Positions 1 to 10,061 of a DNA stretch of 64,000 bases are shown here, piece by piece. The notes under the pieces are model-generated. The model did not search any database, was not told where the DNA came from, and saw only the letters and a program-made list of their open reading frames with translations. Source of the stretch: an uncultured Spirochaetales bacterium (lineage in GTDB: Bacteria; Spirochaetota; Spirochaetia; SPDA01; CAZSGZ01); NCBI GenBank assembly GCA_964458315.1, contig CAYWIK010000003.1, positions 3,712-67,711 of the forward strand, written 5' to 3'. Position 1 is the stretch's first letter. Each line of letters begins with the position of its first letter. The translations under genes and the position numbers were made by a program.

Positions 1-601
1 TTCGCGGGATGTGAAAACCGGTAAGCGCTGCATAGCGTATCGCCCTGATGATCCGTACCGGGTCATCAACGAAGATATTGTCGAGCGGGAGAATCGGGTT
101 TATCTTTCTCTCTAAGATATCCTGAAAACCGTCTACATAATCATAAAGTTGTCCGGTTTCAGGAGAATAGTAGAGTGCGTTCATGGTAAAGTCACGGCGG
201 GCCACATCCTCCTTCATCGTACCGAAGGCGTTGTTTCTCGAAAGATCCGAGGAACGGAAGGTCGAAACCTCGGTAATTTTATCTCTCGTATAGACATGGA
301 CCAGCCGAAACCTTCTTCCGATTATCCGGGAATTGGAAAAAATCCTTCGAATTTTACCCGGATGTGCATCGGTAACAATATCAAAGTCTTTTGGTTTTAT
401 CCCTACGAGCAGGTCACGTACGGCACCGCCTACGATAAACGCTTCGTAGCCGTGGTTTGCAAGCCGGTGGATAATTTTCCGCGCGTCAAAATCTACGGCC
501 GTTAGCTTTATCCCGTGCTCTTCGACCGTATATATTTTTGCAAGCTGTTCAGTCGCGCCTTTTTCACTTTTAATATAACGTACAAGCAATAGCTGACTCA
601 C
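1..601 (-). CDS. tRNA nucleotidyltransferase (CCA-adding enzyme)/poly(A) polymerase family protein, N-terminal ~200 aa; gene continues past window start
   Basis: Minus-strand translation of ~340-600 reads ...LANHGYEAFIVGGAVRDLLVGIKPKDFDIVTDAHPGKIRRIF..., the GG-x-VRD / DxD head-domain signature of the CCA/PAP nucleotidyltransferase family. Probable GTG/TTG start near 590-601. Absent from the ORF track because it runs off the window edge. Confidence 0.6.
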   Translation of the reverse strand, partial: MSQLLLVRYIKSEKGATEQLAKIYTVEEHGIKLTAVDFDARKIIHRLANHGYEAFIVGGAVRDLLVGIKPKDFDIVTDAHPGKIRRIFSNSRIIGRRFRLVHVYTRDKITEVSTFRSSDLSRNNAFGTMKEDVARRDFTMNALYYSPETGQLYDYVDGFQDILERKINPILPLDNIFVDDPVRIIRAIRYAALTGFHIPR

Positions 602-721
602 TATTTTTTTTATTATCGTAGAATTTCAAATGGAATTTTGCAAGTAGATGAGGGCAGATTATTACCTGCTTGAAGAACCCCTCTATTTAAGTCATAGTAG
701 AGGCATTCAAGGAGTAACACT

Positions 722-2047
722 GTGGGTAAGGACATTATTGAACCTCGCGTACTCAAAGGATTCCGTGATTTTCTGCCGGACCAGGAATTGCGGAGAAAAA
801 AAATCGAGAATATTCTCATTGAAACATTCGAAACCTACGGCTTTGTACCGATCGATACGCCGATTTTAGAATATACCGACGTACTGCTCGGCAAAGGCGG
901 CGGCGAAACGGACAAACAGGTGTACCGGTTCACCGATCACGGTGACCGTGATGTGGCCATGCGTTTCGATCTGACCGTACCCTTTGCAAGATACATGGCG
1001 GCACACCGGCAGGAATTGTACACACCCTTTAAACGATATCATATAGGGAAAGTTTGGCGGGGCGAAAATACCCAAAGGGGAAGATACCGTGAGTTTGCCC
1101 AGTGTGATTTTGATATTGTGGGGACCGATTCAGTATCCGCGGATTTTGAAATTCTCCTCTTAATGAAACGTTCGTTAGAAGCCCTCGGAGTCTCTACCTT
1201 TTCAATCCATGTTTCGGACCGAAATCTTTTCAACACGTTTTTACGAAACCTCGGATTAGCCGAACATTCAGCGGATGTACTGAGAAGTGTTGATAAATTA
1301 CAGAAAATAGGGAAAGACGAAGTCATCGCGCAGCTTACTGAATATACCGACCCTTCCGCTGCCGGGAAAATCGTAGATTTTATTTCTCCTGAAGCCGGCT
1401 GGACCGATACGGTCGATAAATGCCGCCGCCTTTTAGATGATGACGGAACAGCAGTCGAGCGTCTTACCGATATCTACCGTTTCATGCGGGACTTGGAAAT
1501 CGAAAAATCTTTTAAATTCGATCCATCGATTACCAGGGGCCTCGATTACTATACCGGTACGGTATTTGAAACATTTCTCACCGACTATCCTGAAATCGGC
1601 TCAATTTGTTCGGGCGGCAGGTATGACAACCTCACCTCGCTCTACATTAAAGAGCAGCTTCCCGGAGTAGGAGCGTCAATCGGCCTCGACCGGCTCATTA
1701 CCGCACTCGAGCATCTGGGCATTCTCGATATTTCGAGCTCTGCCGCCGGAATTCTTATCTTTTGCCTTGATAATCGGTATATCTCTTATTATCATAAGAT
1801 TGCGGAGCTTTTACGTAATAACGGTTTGACCGCTGAAGTGTATCCGGAAAAGAAAAAACTCGGCCAGCAGTTTCAATTTGCCGAAAAAAAAGGAATTCCC
1901 TGCGGAATTTTTTGCGGAGAAGACGAAAGAAGAACCAACACGGTAAATGTAAAAGATCTCATTAATCGGGAAAGTTTCGATAACATCACCATCGAGAACG
2001 GGATAAAAAAAATTATGGAAATATTAGCAAAACATGAAACCTCATGA
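722..2047 (+). CDS. hisS: histidine--tRNA ligase
   Basis: 441 aa; N-terminus VLKGFRDFLPDQ..., class II motifs YRFTDHGDRDVAMRFDLTVPFARY, GENTQRGRYREFAQCDFDIVG, and C-terminal anticodon-binding region. GTG start. Confidence 0.9.
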   Translation: MGKDIIEPRVLKGFRDFLPDQELRRKKIENILIETFETYGFVPIDTPILEYTDVLLGKGGGETDKQVYRFTDHGDRDVAMRFDLTVPFARYMAAHRQELYTPFKRYHIGKVWRGENTQRGRYREFAQCDFDIVGTDSVSADFEILLLMKRSLEALGVSTFSIHVSDRNLFNTFLRNLGLAEHSADVLRSVDKLQKIGKDEVIAQLTEYTDPSAAGKIVDFISPEAGWTDTVDKCRRLLDDDGTAVERLTDIYRFMRDLEIEKSFKFDPSITRGLDYYTGTVFETFLTDYPEIGSICSGGRYDNLTSLYIKEQLPGVGASIGLDRLITALEHLGILDISSSAAGILIFCLDNRYISYYHKIAELLRNNGLTAEVYPEKKKLGQQFQFAEKKGIPCGIFCGEDERRTNTVNVKDLINRESFDNITIENGIKKIMEILAKHETS

Positions 2048-4523
2048 ACTACCTGTATACAAACAGAAGACAAAAATTTTAAAAGCCCTTGAAAAAAACC
2101 AAGTCATTGTCGTAGAAAGCCCCACAGGCTCCGGTAAAACCACCCAGCTTCCGGTAATTCTCTATGAAGCGGGGTATGCGGACCGGGGCACTATCGGTGT
2201 TACCCAGCCGAGGCGTATCGCCGCCGTTTCGGTGTGTGAATACATTGCGGAACAGCTTGGACAGACCATTCCCGACACCGTCGGGTATAAGATGCGTTTC
2301 GAGGACAAAACGGATGAAACCACTAAAATAAAAATAATGACCGACGGGATTCTTTTGCAGGAGCTCAAAACTGATCGGTATTTATCAAAATACAACGTAA
2401 TCATGGTCGACGAGGCCCATGAACGAAGTTTAAATATCGATTTTATTCTCGGGCTTCTGAAATATGTTCTTGAAGTCCGGAAAGATTTTAAAGTAATCAT
2501 CTCTTCCGCTACAATCAACGCCGAAATTTTTTCCGAATATTTCGGCGGCGCGCCCATGGTCTATATCGACGCGGAAATGTATCCCGTGGGTATTGTCTAT
2601 GATCCTCCCGTCAAAGAAGAGGGTTACGAAGGTATGATCAATAAGATCGTCGAGATTGTAAGCCGGATCGACCATGAAAAACGGGCAGGAGACATACTTA
2701 TCTTTTTAAGCGGAGAAAAACAGATCAAAGACTGTATTCAACTCCTTTCCTCCATGCCTTTTTCCAAAAAACTGCTGCTGATGCCTCTTTACGGAAGACT
2801 TTCTAAGGAGGAACAGGAGCGGGTTTTCATTGAAACCCCTTCAGGAAAAACGAAGGTGGTGATATCAACCAATATTGCGGAAACCAGCGTCACGATCGAC
2901 GGGATTACGTCCGTCATCGACTCGGGGCTGGCTAAACTTAATTACTACAACCCAAAGACCTACACTTCCTCCCTGGTGGAGAGCGAAATCTCAAAGGCAT
3001 CGAGTAATCAGCGCAAGGGGCGAGCCGGCCGGACCCGGCCCGGGACCTGTTACCGTTTGTATACGAAAGCGGACTATCAGCACCGGCAGATGTATACTTT
3101 GGAAGAAATTTACCGGACCGATTTATCGGAAGTTGTGCTGCGGATGGCGGAAATAGGCATTCTTGATTTCGAGTCCTTCGATTTCCTTTCACCTCCGGGC
3201 CGAGAAGGAATCATAAGCGCTATTCAAACCCTCACCATACTCCATGCCCTAAGCGATGACCGGACCCTTTCCGATATCGGCCAAATGATGGCCGTCTTCC
3301 CCCTCCTCCCCAGGCTTTCAAGAATTATCGTCGAAGCAATTCATCGGTATCCGGATGTCATTGAAGAGGCCCTTATCGCGGTGTCCTTTCTCTCGACAAA
3401 ATCTCCTTTTCTCCTTCCCCAGGGAGAGGAAATCGAAGCAAGAAAAGCGCACCACAATTTTCAGCATCCCTCCGGTGATTTTATTTCCTACCTGCGTCTG
3501 TTTCGAAGTCATGAAAAAAGTGATAATTATAAAAATTTTTGCGATCGCTATTATCTCGATGAGCGGACCATGGGCGAAATTGCCAACATAAAGCGGCAGC
3601 TGGAGGAAATTGTGGGCGATATGGGTATTCCCGTCACTTCCGGCGGATCGGTCATGCATTATCTCTGCGCCGTATCCACCGGATTGATACAGTTTGTATG
3701 CGAACGTTCGCGCAAAAACTCATACAGGTCTTTGACCGCGGACCGCATTCATATTCATCCGGGAAGCGTTATGTTTCGTGAAACACCGCGCTATATCGTG
3801 GCAGGGGAAATTGTTCGGACCTCAAAAATGTTCGCACGTTCCGTGTCCCCCCTAAAACGTGAATGGCTCCCTGAGATTTCCGACATTTTGGCGAAGCGCC
3901 TCGCCGGGCAAAAAGGCGGGGCCCCGGGTCGCAAACCCGCGCAAAAAGCGGAAGCGGAACCGCAGATACAAACGGTTTTTATTGGGGCCGAAAGTTTTCC
4001 CGTCTCCCCTTATAAAGGCAAACAGTTTATCGTCGATCTTCCCTGGGAGAAACTTTCGTCTATGCTCGATAAACAGCGCCTGCGGTTAACCAAGGAACAT
4101 CGCAAGCTTAAAGGAAAAATCGTATTCGGCAATTATGAAATCCTCACGGGAGAAAAATTGAGCACGATTCTCAAGGTGGCCCCCCTCCTCTCTCCCGAGA
4201 CTGAAATCGTAAAAAATTGGCCGAAGGGTGTGCAGTTTCATATTCCCGACCGGATCGATGATCTGTGCGCGAAGGCAGATTTAATTTTAAAGCTGTGTCC
4301 GGCCAAAGGAAAATCAAAACGCCGTCTCGGATTCTTGAGCCTCAATACCGATGCAATCGGTACCTTCTGGTTCACCTGCTCTAAAGGATTTCATAACGCC
4401 CTCTCTCAGAGTTTAGCCAGCCTAGAAGTATTGATTGATGTGCTGGATACGAAAAACAGCGAACTAGAACGGCTCAACGCCCTCTATCGAAAACTTTCCG
4501 ACTATTTCGAAAAGGTATATTAA
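2034..4523 (+). CDS. ATP-dependent DEAH-box RNA helicase, HrpA/HrpB family (size fits HrpB-like)
   Basis: 829 aa; Walker A ESPTGSGKTTQLP, DEAH box MVDEAHERS, SAT, QRKGRAGRTRPGTCYRLY motif VI. Overlaps the hisS stop by 14 nt. Confidence 0.85.
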   Translation: MKPHELPVYKQKTKILKALEKNQVIVVESPTGSGKTTQLPVILYEAGYADRGTIGVTQPRRIAAVSVCEYIAEQLGQTIPDTVGYKMRFEDKTDETTKIKIMTDGILLQELKTDRYLSKYNVIMVDEAHERSLNIDFILGLLKYVLEVRKDFKVIISSATINAEIFSEYFGGAPMVYIDAEMYPVGIVYDPPVKEEGYEGMINKIVEIVSRIDHEKRAGDILIFLSGEKQIKDCIQLLSSMPFSKKLLLMPLYGRLSKEEQERVFIETPSGKTKVVISTNIAETSVTIDGITSVIDSGLAKLNYYNPKTYTSSLVESEISKASSNQRKGRAGRTRPGTCYRLYTKADYQHRQMYTLEEIYRTDLSEVVLRMAEIGILDFESFDFLSPPGREGIISAIQTLTILHALSDDRTLSDIGQMMAVFPLLPRLSRIIVEAIHRYPDVIEEALIAVSFLSTKSPFLLPQGEEIEARKAHHNFQHPSGDFISYLRLFRSHEKSDNYKNFCDRYYLDERTMGEIANIKRQLEEIVGDMGIPVTSGGSVMHYLCAVSTGLIQFVCERSRKNSYRSLTADRIHIHPGSVMFRETPRYIVAGEIVRTSKMFARSVSPLKREWLPEISDILAKRLAGQKGGAPGRKPAQKAEAEPQIQTVFIGAESFPVSPYKGKQFIVDLPWEKLSSMLDKQRLRLTKEHRKLKGKIVFGNYEILTGEKLSTILKVAPLLSPETEIVKNWPKGVQFHIPDRIDDLCAKADLILKLCPAKGKSKRRLGFLSLNTDAIGTFWFTCSKGFHNALSQSLASLEVLIDVLDTKNSELERLNALYRKLSDYFEKVY

Positions 4524-5542
4524 GGAGCAAGGAGTTCTCGAAGAAGCTCCGATTCTACAGGCAGCAAGACCGTTTCTCCCAAGTTTTTCTGCAGGACAAA
4601 CCGTACCGTGCCTTCCCGCTTTTTCTTGTCTCCGGCTGCCGCGTGTAAGAATTGATCTACCGGGACCTTATAATGCAGGGGGAACCCGTACTCTGCAATA
4701 AGCTTCACGACACGGCGGGCATATTCCGGTTCCGTCAGCCCGATACGCTTCCCAAGCTCCATCGCCTTGACCATTCCCCAGGCCACCGCTTCCCCGTGCC
4801 TGCTTTCTGAAAATCCCAGTACGCTCTCGAGGGCATGTCCGAAAGTGTGGCCGAAATTGAGAAACGCCCGCTCACCTTGCTCTGTCAGGTCCCGCTCGAC
4901 AATTCCGCATTTTACCAGTACAGACTTTTTTACCATTTCCTGAAGGGTCTCTTTCCGCCTACCCAGAATATCTTCTCGTTTTTTCTCCAGGAGCTCTAAG
5001 AGCAATGGGTCTCCTAAACAGGCGTGTTTGATCGTTTCCGCTATCCCGCAGAGAAACTCCCGGTCGGGAAGCGTCTCTAAAACATCAGGAAACAGATAGA
5101 CTGCATCCGCCGGATAAAAAGTGCCGATCATATTTTTAAGCCCCATATAGTTAAAGCCGGTCTTCCCGCCGATTGCAGCGTCCACCATTGCTAAAAGGGT
5201 GGTCGGAACAAGAACAAGTCTGCAACCCCGCATGTATGTCGATGCGGCAAAGGCGGCAAGATCACAGAGCAGGCCGCCCCCTATTCCGACAATATACCCG
5301 TCCCTGCCCAAACCCGCCCGCAGGGCACAACGGAAGATCTGTTCCGCCGTTTCCCAGCGTTTCTCCTGCTCCCCTTGTGGTATAACGACCTTCCGTTCAT
5401 TCGGCAAACCGAAAAGGCGGTCCGTTACCGGATCATAGACTTTGACCATGCGCTTGTCCGGCAACCGTTCGGATATATTTTTTCCAGCCGCGACATGTAT
5501 CGCTGTTTTGAAATGTCCAAATTGAAACTCTATCGATTCCAC
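4520..5542 (-). CDS. aroB: 3-dehydroquinate synthase
   Basis: 340 aa; GIGGGLLCDLAAFAASTYMRGCRLVLVPTTLLAMVDAAIGGKTGFN and FGHTFGHALE metal-binding motifs typical of DHQ synthase. Confidence 0.85.
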   Translation of the reverse strand: MESIEFQFGHFKTAIHVAAGKNISERLPDKRMVKVYDPVTDRLFGLPNERKVVIPQGEQEKRWETAEQIFRCALRAGLGRDGYIVGIGGGLLCDLAAFAASTYMRGCRLVLVPTTLLAMVDAAIGGKTGFNYMGLKNMIGTFYPADAVYLFPDVLETLPDREFLCGIAETIKHACLGDPLLLELLEKKREDILGRRKETLQEMVKKSVLVKCGIVERDLTEQGERAFLNFGHTFGHALESVLGFSESRHGEAVAWGMVKAMELGKRIGLTEPEYARRVVKLIAEYGFPLHYKVPVDQFLHAAAGDKKKREGTVRFVLQKNLGETVLLPVESELLRELLAP

Positions 5543-5601
5543 TGCTTATTTGTACCAGGTTTCTAAAAACATGAAAACATGCCGGTAATAAATACCTTGA
5601 C

Positions 5602-5631
5602 TTGACTCCGCAATCCACAAGCTGATACTAT
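5602..5631 (+). promoter_or_regulatory. sigma70-like promoter for the polysaccharide export gene: TTGACT(5602-5607)-N18-TG-n-TACTAT(5626-5631), extended -10
   Basis: Seen in sequence. The -10 ends only 7 nt before ATG 5639 and there is no SD, implying a leaderless or very short leader. Confidence 0.35.
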
Positions 5632-5638
5632 TTCGTTC

Positions 5639-7252
5639 ATGAAAAATCCTTCCGTTTCATCCATAGCTGTGCTTTCAATACTCCTCTTTCTGCTCGTTTC
5701 CCCTTTTATTTTTTCGCAGGAACCTGGCAAGTCCGGAGTGGATTCGCCGAAATTCGGTCTTCAGGCAGAGATATTCAGGTCCGTCAGGAGCCTTGTAACA
5801 GGGGCCGATGGTGACTACACACAGAATTTTTCCCTTACCGCGGACTACGAGGTTACCCCCGGAGACTTGTTCAAACTCATTGTAACCAGCGGGGTCCGAG
5901 CGGACGGGTCCATCTCCAACATCCAGGAATACAGCATCCAGCTGCAAAAAAATTATAACCTTAATGTTCCGTTCCTTGGAACGATCAATGTCAAGGGAAT
6001 GAAGCTCCCGGAGCTTCAGGAAAATGTTACCAGGAGAATCCGCAATCTGCTTCCGGTCCAATACGTCAATTTCGTACTCGAGACACCGGCACAGTTCAAT
6101 ACCTTTATTTACGGCGGAGTCCAATCTCCCGGTTATATTGTTGCCAATCCCCTCATGGGAGTGATCGAGGCAATAGCCGTGGCAGGCGGGTTTAAGCAGG
6201 GAGCCAGCTACCGGAAGGTCCATATTTACCGAGCAAACGGCGGTGAAGAACCGAAAACGGAAATTGTCGATATTTCCCAATTTTATCAGGATGCAAATCT
6301 CGACGCGAACCCGACCTTAGAGCCGGGTGATAAAGTGTACGTTCCTTCCGCGGATATCGTCGCGAATATTTCCGGAAACATCAATTTCCCCGGGAGTTAT
6401 GAACTACTCAAGGGTGAAACCTTAGGGTACTTGATAAACCTTGCAGGGGGCATAAAACCGGACACCATGACTTCGAAAATCGAAATTGTCCGTATTCAGC
6501 CGAACGGCGTGCAGACAATTATTTCGGTTGCCCTTGAAATGGCGGACCAGTTCGAAATGGAAAAGGGCGATACGGTAACGGTCCGCTCCATGTCGGAAAT
6601 TAGTGATATGATCACGATCGAGGGCGCCATTTTCGGCAGGAATTTCAGCAAATCAGGGGCCGTGCAAGTCCCGCAGAGAGCGGTCCGTGTGGACCTCGCC
6701 TATTACCCGGGGATTTCTCTTCTTGCCGCCCTGGATTCCGTAGGCGGACCGACTCCCCTTATGTCCACGGAGGAACACAGCATTCTCAAACGACAGAATT
6801 CGGACGGCGGCATCGAGAGACGGGTACTGGAAATCGAAAAGCTTTGGAAAACCAGAGAACAACAGTACGATGTAAAACTGCAGCCCGGAGATTTTATCCT
6901 TATTCCCATCCAAACCCTCAAAGTTTTTCTCACCGGAGAAGTGAATAATCCCGGCGCCTTTGATTATGTGAACGGTTACACCGTGTATGATTACATACTA
7001 CTGGCGGGCGGAATTACCGAGAACACCGGCGATCCGAACGGTTTATTCAAAATCGACAAACTCGGGACCAGGATATCGGTAAAAGCCGAAGACGACATCC
7101 AGCCCGGCGACCACATATATGTTTCGAAGAAAGTACTCTTTCGGTCCGACCGTTTTGTACAAAACTTGCTGATCACCACCGGCTGGGTTACGGCCATTAT
7201 CGCGGTAGTAAATACGGTGTGGGACCTTGTCGACCGCATTCAGGGAGAGTAG
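5639..7252 (+). CDS. polysaccharide export protein (Wza/KpsD-like; Poly_export + repeated SLBB domains), signal peptide and C-terminal TM helix
   Basis: 537 aa; N-terminal signal peptide; Poly_export-like YEVTPGDLFKLIVTSG...INVKGMKLPELQENVTRRI...IYGGVQSPGYIV...AIAVAGGF. Repeated PGD-containing SLBB segments (EPGDKVYVP, QPGDFILIP, QPGDHIYVS). Confidence 0.8.
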   Translation: MKNPSVSSIAVLSILLFLLVSPFIFSQEPGKSGVDSPKFGLQAEIFRSVRSLVTGADGDYTQNFSLTADYEVTPGDLFKLIVTSGVRADGSISNIQEYSIQLQKNYNLNVPFLGTINVKGMKLPELQENVTRRIRNLLPVQYVNFVLETPAQFNTFIYGGVQSPGYIVANPLMGVIEAIAVAGGFKQGASYRKVHIYRANGGEEPKTEIVDISQFYQDANLDANPTLEPGDKVYVPSADIVANISGNINFPGSYELLKGETLGYLINLAGGIKPDTMTSKIEIVRIQPNGVQTIISVALEMADQFEMEKGDTVTVRSMSEISDMITIEGAIFGRNFSKSGAVQVPQRAVRVDLAYYPGISLLAALDSVGGPTPLMSTEEHSILKRQNSDGGIERRVLEIEKLWKTREQQYDVKLQPGDFILIPIQTLKVFLTGEVNNPGAFDYVNGYTVYDYILLAGGITENTGDPNGLFKIDKLGTRISVKAEDDIQPGDHIYVSKKVLFRSDRFVQNLLITTGWVTAIIAVVNTVWDLVDRIQGE

Positions 7253-7284
7253 AGAAAGCCGTTACGGTAAATATATGTTACTGA

Positions 7285-7605
7285 TTATTTGGAAGCGGAG
7301 GATTGTCCGGCAGCCGCTTCTCTTGTAAAACTTTTCACGATCCCGGCAATGGAGGGGTCGCTGATCGTGTATATTCGCTTATTGCCCCGTATCGATGACG
7401 AGACAATTCCCTTCTCCTTTAATACCGCAAGATGCTGCGAAACCACCGGCTGCGGCTGATTGAGGCACTGCCACAGTTCGGTAACGCACGAATCTTCCTG
7501 ATCGATCAAACAGAGTATTTTCAGTCTTATCGGATGTCCGCAGACTTTAAGCCGCTCCGCATAAGACTCAATCATGGAATCCGGACAACAGGTGTTTCCA
7601 TTCAT
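7285..7605 (-). CDS. ArsR/SmtB family metalloregulatory transcriptional repressor
   Basis: 106 aa; winged-HTH core LKILCLIDQEDSCVTELWQCLNQPQPVVSQHLAVLKEKGIV; Cys residues at the N-terminus (TCCPD) and in helix alpha3 (LCLID...SCV). Confidence 0.8.
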   Translation of the reverse strand: MNGNTCCPDSMIESYAERLKVCGHPIRLKILCLIDQEDSCVTELWQCLNQPQPVVSQHLAVLKEKGIVSSSIRGNKRIYTISDPSIAGIVKSFTREAAAGQSSASK

Positions 7606-7613
7606 ACAGTTTG

Positions 7614-7671
7614 AATATACTCTTTTTCGAATATTTTTTCAAGCATACATTGCGAATACAATTGTCTTGAA
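7614..7671. promoter_or_regulatory. divergent arsR / nifS-thiI control region: minus-strand promoter TTGAAA(7637-7642 rc)-N17-TATATT(7614-7619 rc); plus-strand -10 TACAAT(7656-7661); inverted repeat TTCAAG(7638-7643)...CTTGAA(7666-7671) with central palindrome ACAATTGT(7658-7665)
   Basis: Seen in sequence. The IR arms overlap the arsR -35 and the nifS -10, which is typical of ArsR/SmtB operators. Confidence 0.45.
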
Positions 7672-7704
7672 GATTTCCCCTCTTAAAGGATATATTGACT
7701 GTTC

Positions 7705-8859
7705 ATGGTATATTTAGATTGGGCCTCCACAGCCCCTCCGGATCGGGAAATCCTGGACAAAGCCGGGGAAATAGAGTTGCGGTACTATGCGAACCCTTCC
7801 TCAATCCACACTGCGGGAAGGGAATGCCGCGGGCTGCTTGAAGAGTCCAGGGGCAGATGGGCGAAAGCCCTCGGGTGCTTACCGAAAAATATTATCTTTA
7901 CCTCCGGAGGGACCGAATCGAACAACCTCGTCCTGCAGCGCCTGATCTTTAAAAAAGGACGGCCTTCTATCGTGCTCTCCGGCATAGAACATCCGTCCCT
8001 ATACGAGCCGGCACAAAAGTACAGACAGCTGGGAATCGATGTCCGTATCGTAAAACCTGAATCAACCGGACATATCCGTCCGGATATATTTGCCGATTCC
8101 GTGGATGAGACGACTGTCTTTGCCGCCCTGATGACGGTAAACAATGTTACCGGCGCGGTCCAACCGGTACAAGAAACTGTTTCACTTGTCCGGGAAAAAG
8201 AAAAACTGTTCGGTAAGAAAATACATTTTCATTCCGATGCGGTCCAGGCCGTGGGGAAGATACCCTTTTTTACCCGAAATATGGATGTAGACAGCGCGAG
8301 CTTCAGCGCCCATAAATTCGGAGCTCCTAAAGGTATCGGCGTACTCTACCTCAAAAATACCATACAAACATTAACCGCCGGGGGCGATCAGGAATTCGGC
8401 ATGCGGCCGGGGACGGAAAATTTATCTTCGATTTACGCGTCTTCCCTCGGAGTCTTGAAAGCGGTACAAAACCAAGAACAGAATTATCCCTGTGCTAAAT
8501 CGCTTATGGAAAAAATATTGAAAGGAATCGAAAAAAGCAGTTTTCTTCGTCCCCTCTACAGGAGAGTAGACAGCAGGTATACCCCCTATATCATAAGCAT
8601 TGCCGCCCCCCCGGTTCCGGGTGAGGTGCTTGTTCGGAGCTTAAACGATGCCGGTATTTTAATCGGTTCCGGTTCTGCATGTTCACAGGTAAAGGCAAAA
8701 AAATCCCGGGTTTTCGATATGATGGGTACCGCGCGAAGTGAAATCGACTGTATGGTTCGTGTCAGTATAGGCCCGGAAACCGCGGAAGAGGACATTGAAT
8801 CCTTTCTTGACAGCATAGAGACTGTCGTGTCACCCTTACATTCGACTCTAACCCGGTAA
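7705..8859 (+). CDS. nifS: cysteine desulfurase (NifS/IscS, class V aminotransferase)
   Basis: 384 aa; FTSGGTESNNLVL, PLP-lysine region SFSAHKFGAPKGIGVLYLK, active-site loop GSGSACSQ. Confidence 0.85.
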   Translation: MVYLDWASTAPPDREILDKAGEIELRYYANPSSIHTAGRECRGLLEESRGRWAKALGCLPKNIIFTSGGTESNNLVLQRLIFKKGRPSIVLSGIEHPSLYEPAQKYRQLGIDVRIVKPESTGHIRPDIFADSVDETTVFAALMTVNNVTGAVQPVQETVSLVREKEKLFGKKIHFHSDAVQAVGKIPFFTRNMDVDSASFSAHKFGAPKGIGVLYLKNTIQTLTAGGDQEFGMRPGTENLSSIYASSLGVLKAVQNQEQNYPCAKSLMEKILKGIEKSSFLRPLYRRVDSRYTPYIISIAAPPVPGEVLVRSLNDAGILIGSGSACSQVKAKKSRVFDMMGTARSEIDCMVRVSIGPETAEEDIESFLDSIETVVSPLHSTLTR

Positions 8860-8874
8860 TGTGGAAAACAAGGA

Positions 8875-10044
8875 TTGGATTTGCTCTACTTAGTTAAAAT
8901 AGGCGAAATTGCGTTAAAATCGGGCAACCGACGCCAATTCGAAACCCGGCTCAAGCGTAATATTCTCGCTAAGCTTGAACGGAATGGCTGTTCGTTCTTT
9001 GGCGGGGAAGGAAGATATTTTGTCGAATGTTCGGATATGGAAGAACAAACCCTTTCCCGGGCGCTTGCCACGACCTTCGGCGTAACCGGCTTTGCCCCGG
9101 TAATTAGAACGGAAAAAGATTTAAAAAAAATCGACCGGGCTGTTTTATCGGTTGCGGAAAAGATGGTAAAAGCAAACCGCGGGTCCGGGTTTAAAATCGA
9201 ACCGAGAAGAGCGGACAAACGTTTCGAGCTTTCCTCATACGAACTGGCGTTCCGGCTCGGCGATCTGATACGGAACAATTTTGAAAACTTGTACGTTAAT
9301 GTCCATAATCCGGACTGGGCCGTCCATTGTGAGATCAGAGACGCCGCACTCATTTATCCGAGTGTCGAAGCAGGCCCGGGAGGGCTGCCGGTCGGCGCCG
9401 CCGGAAGGGGTACTCTTTTGCTTTCCGGGGGGATTGATTCTCCCGTTGCGGGCTACGTTATGGCGAAAAGGGGCTTGAAAATCGATGCGGTATATTTTCA
9501 TAGCCATCCTTTTACTTCCGAGGAAGCAAAGGACAAGGTGAAACACCTTGCGGAAATTCTTGCTCCCTATTGCGGTGGGATACGCCTTTTGATTGTGCCC
9601 TTTACCGAAGCCCAGCTCCATATCAGAAAAAACGGCAGAAAAGAAGAGACGACCCTTCTCATGCGGGCATGCATGATGCGTATTGCGGAAATAACGGCGA
9701 GGGAAAACGGATCGATATGCCTCATTACCGGAGAAGCTTTAAGCCAGGTGGCAAGCCAAACAGTGGAAAGTATCACCTTTACGGACAGCATCCCCGGCCT
9801 GCCGGTTTTCCGGCCCCTTATCGGCTTTGATAAGGAAGAGATTGTTCGACTGGCGCGCGGCCTCGGTACTTTTGACGTTTCGATTCTGCCCTATGACGAC
9901 TGCTGCACCCTGTTTGCTCCGGAACATCCTTTGATCAAACCGGACCTTCAGTCGATGAAGAAATCTTACGAGGCCCTGGAGATAGAAGACCTGTTATGCC
10001 GGGCCGCCTCGGAGGCGGAAACTTTATATTACGCTCCCGTTTAA
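8875..10044 (+). CDS. thiI: tRNA 4-thiouridine(8) synthase ThiI (short form, no rhodanese domain)
   Basis: 389 aa; N-terminal THUMP region (IALKSGNRRQFE), PP-loop LLLSGGIDSPVAGY. Immediately downstream of nifS. Confidence 0.85.
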   Translation: MDLLYLVKIGEIALKSGNRRQFETRLKRNILAKLERNGCSFFGGEGRYFVECSDMEEQTLSRALATTFGVTGFAPVIRTEKDLKKIDRAVLSVAEKMVKANRGSGFKIEPRRADKRFELSSYELAFRLGDLIRNNFENLYVNVHNPDWAVHCEIRDAALIYPSVEAGPGGLPVGAAGRGTLLLSGGIDSPVAGYVMAKRGLKIDAVYFHSHPFTSEEAKDKVKHLAEILAPYCGGIRLLIVPFTEAQLHIRKNGRKEETTLLMRACMMRIAEITARENGSICLITGEALSQVASQTVESITFTDSIPGLPVFRPLIGFDKEEIVRLARGLGTFDVSILPYDDCCTLFAPEHPLIKPDLQSMKKSYEALEIEDLLCRAASEAETLYYAPV

Positions 10045-10061
10045 CAACAAGGAGGAAGTTT

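Noticed and set aside
648-869. 73-aa ORF overlapping the hisS start
   Set aside because: Out-of-frame overlap with the hisS 5' end, no RBS, Arg/Ser-rich; likely spurious.
5675-6280. 201-aa minus-strand ORF inside the polysaccharide export gene
   Set aside because: Antisense shadow ORF.
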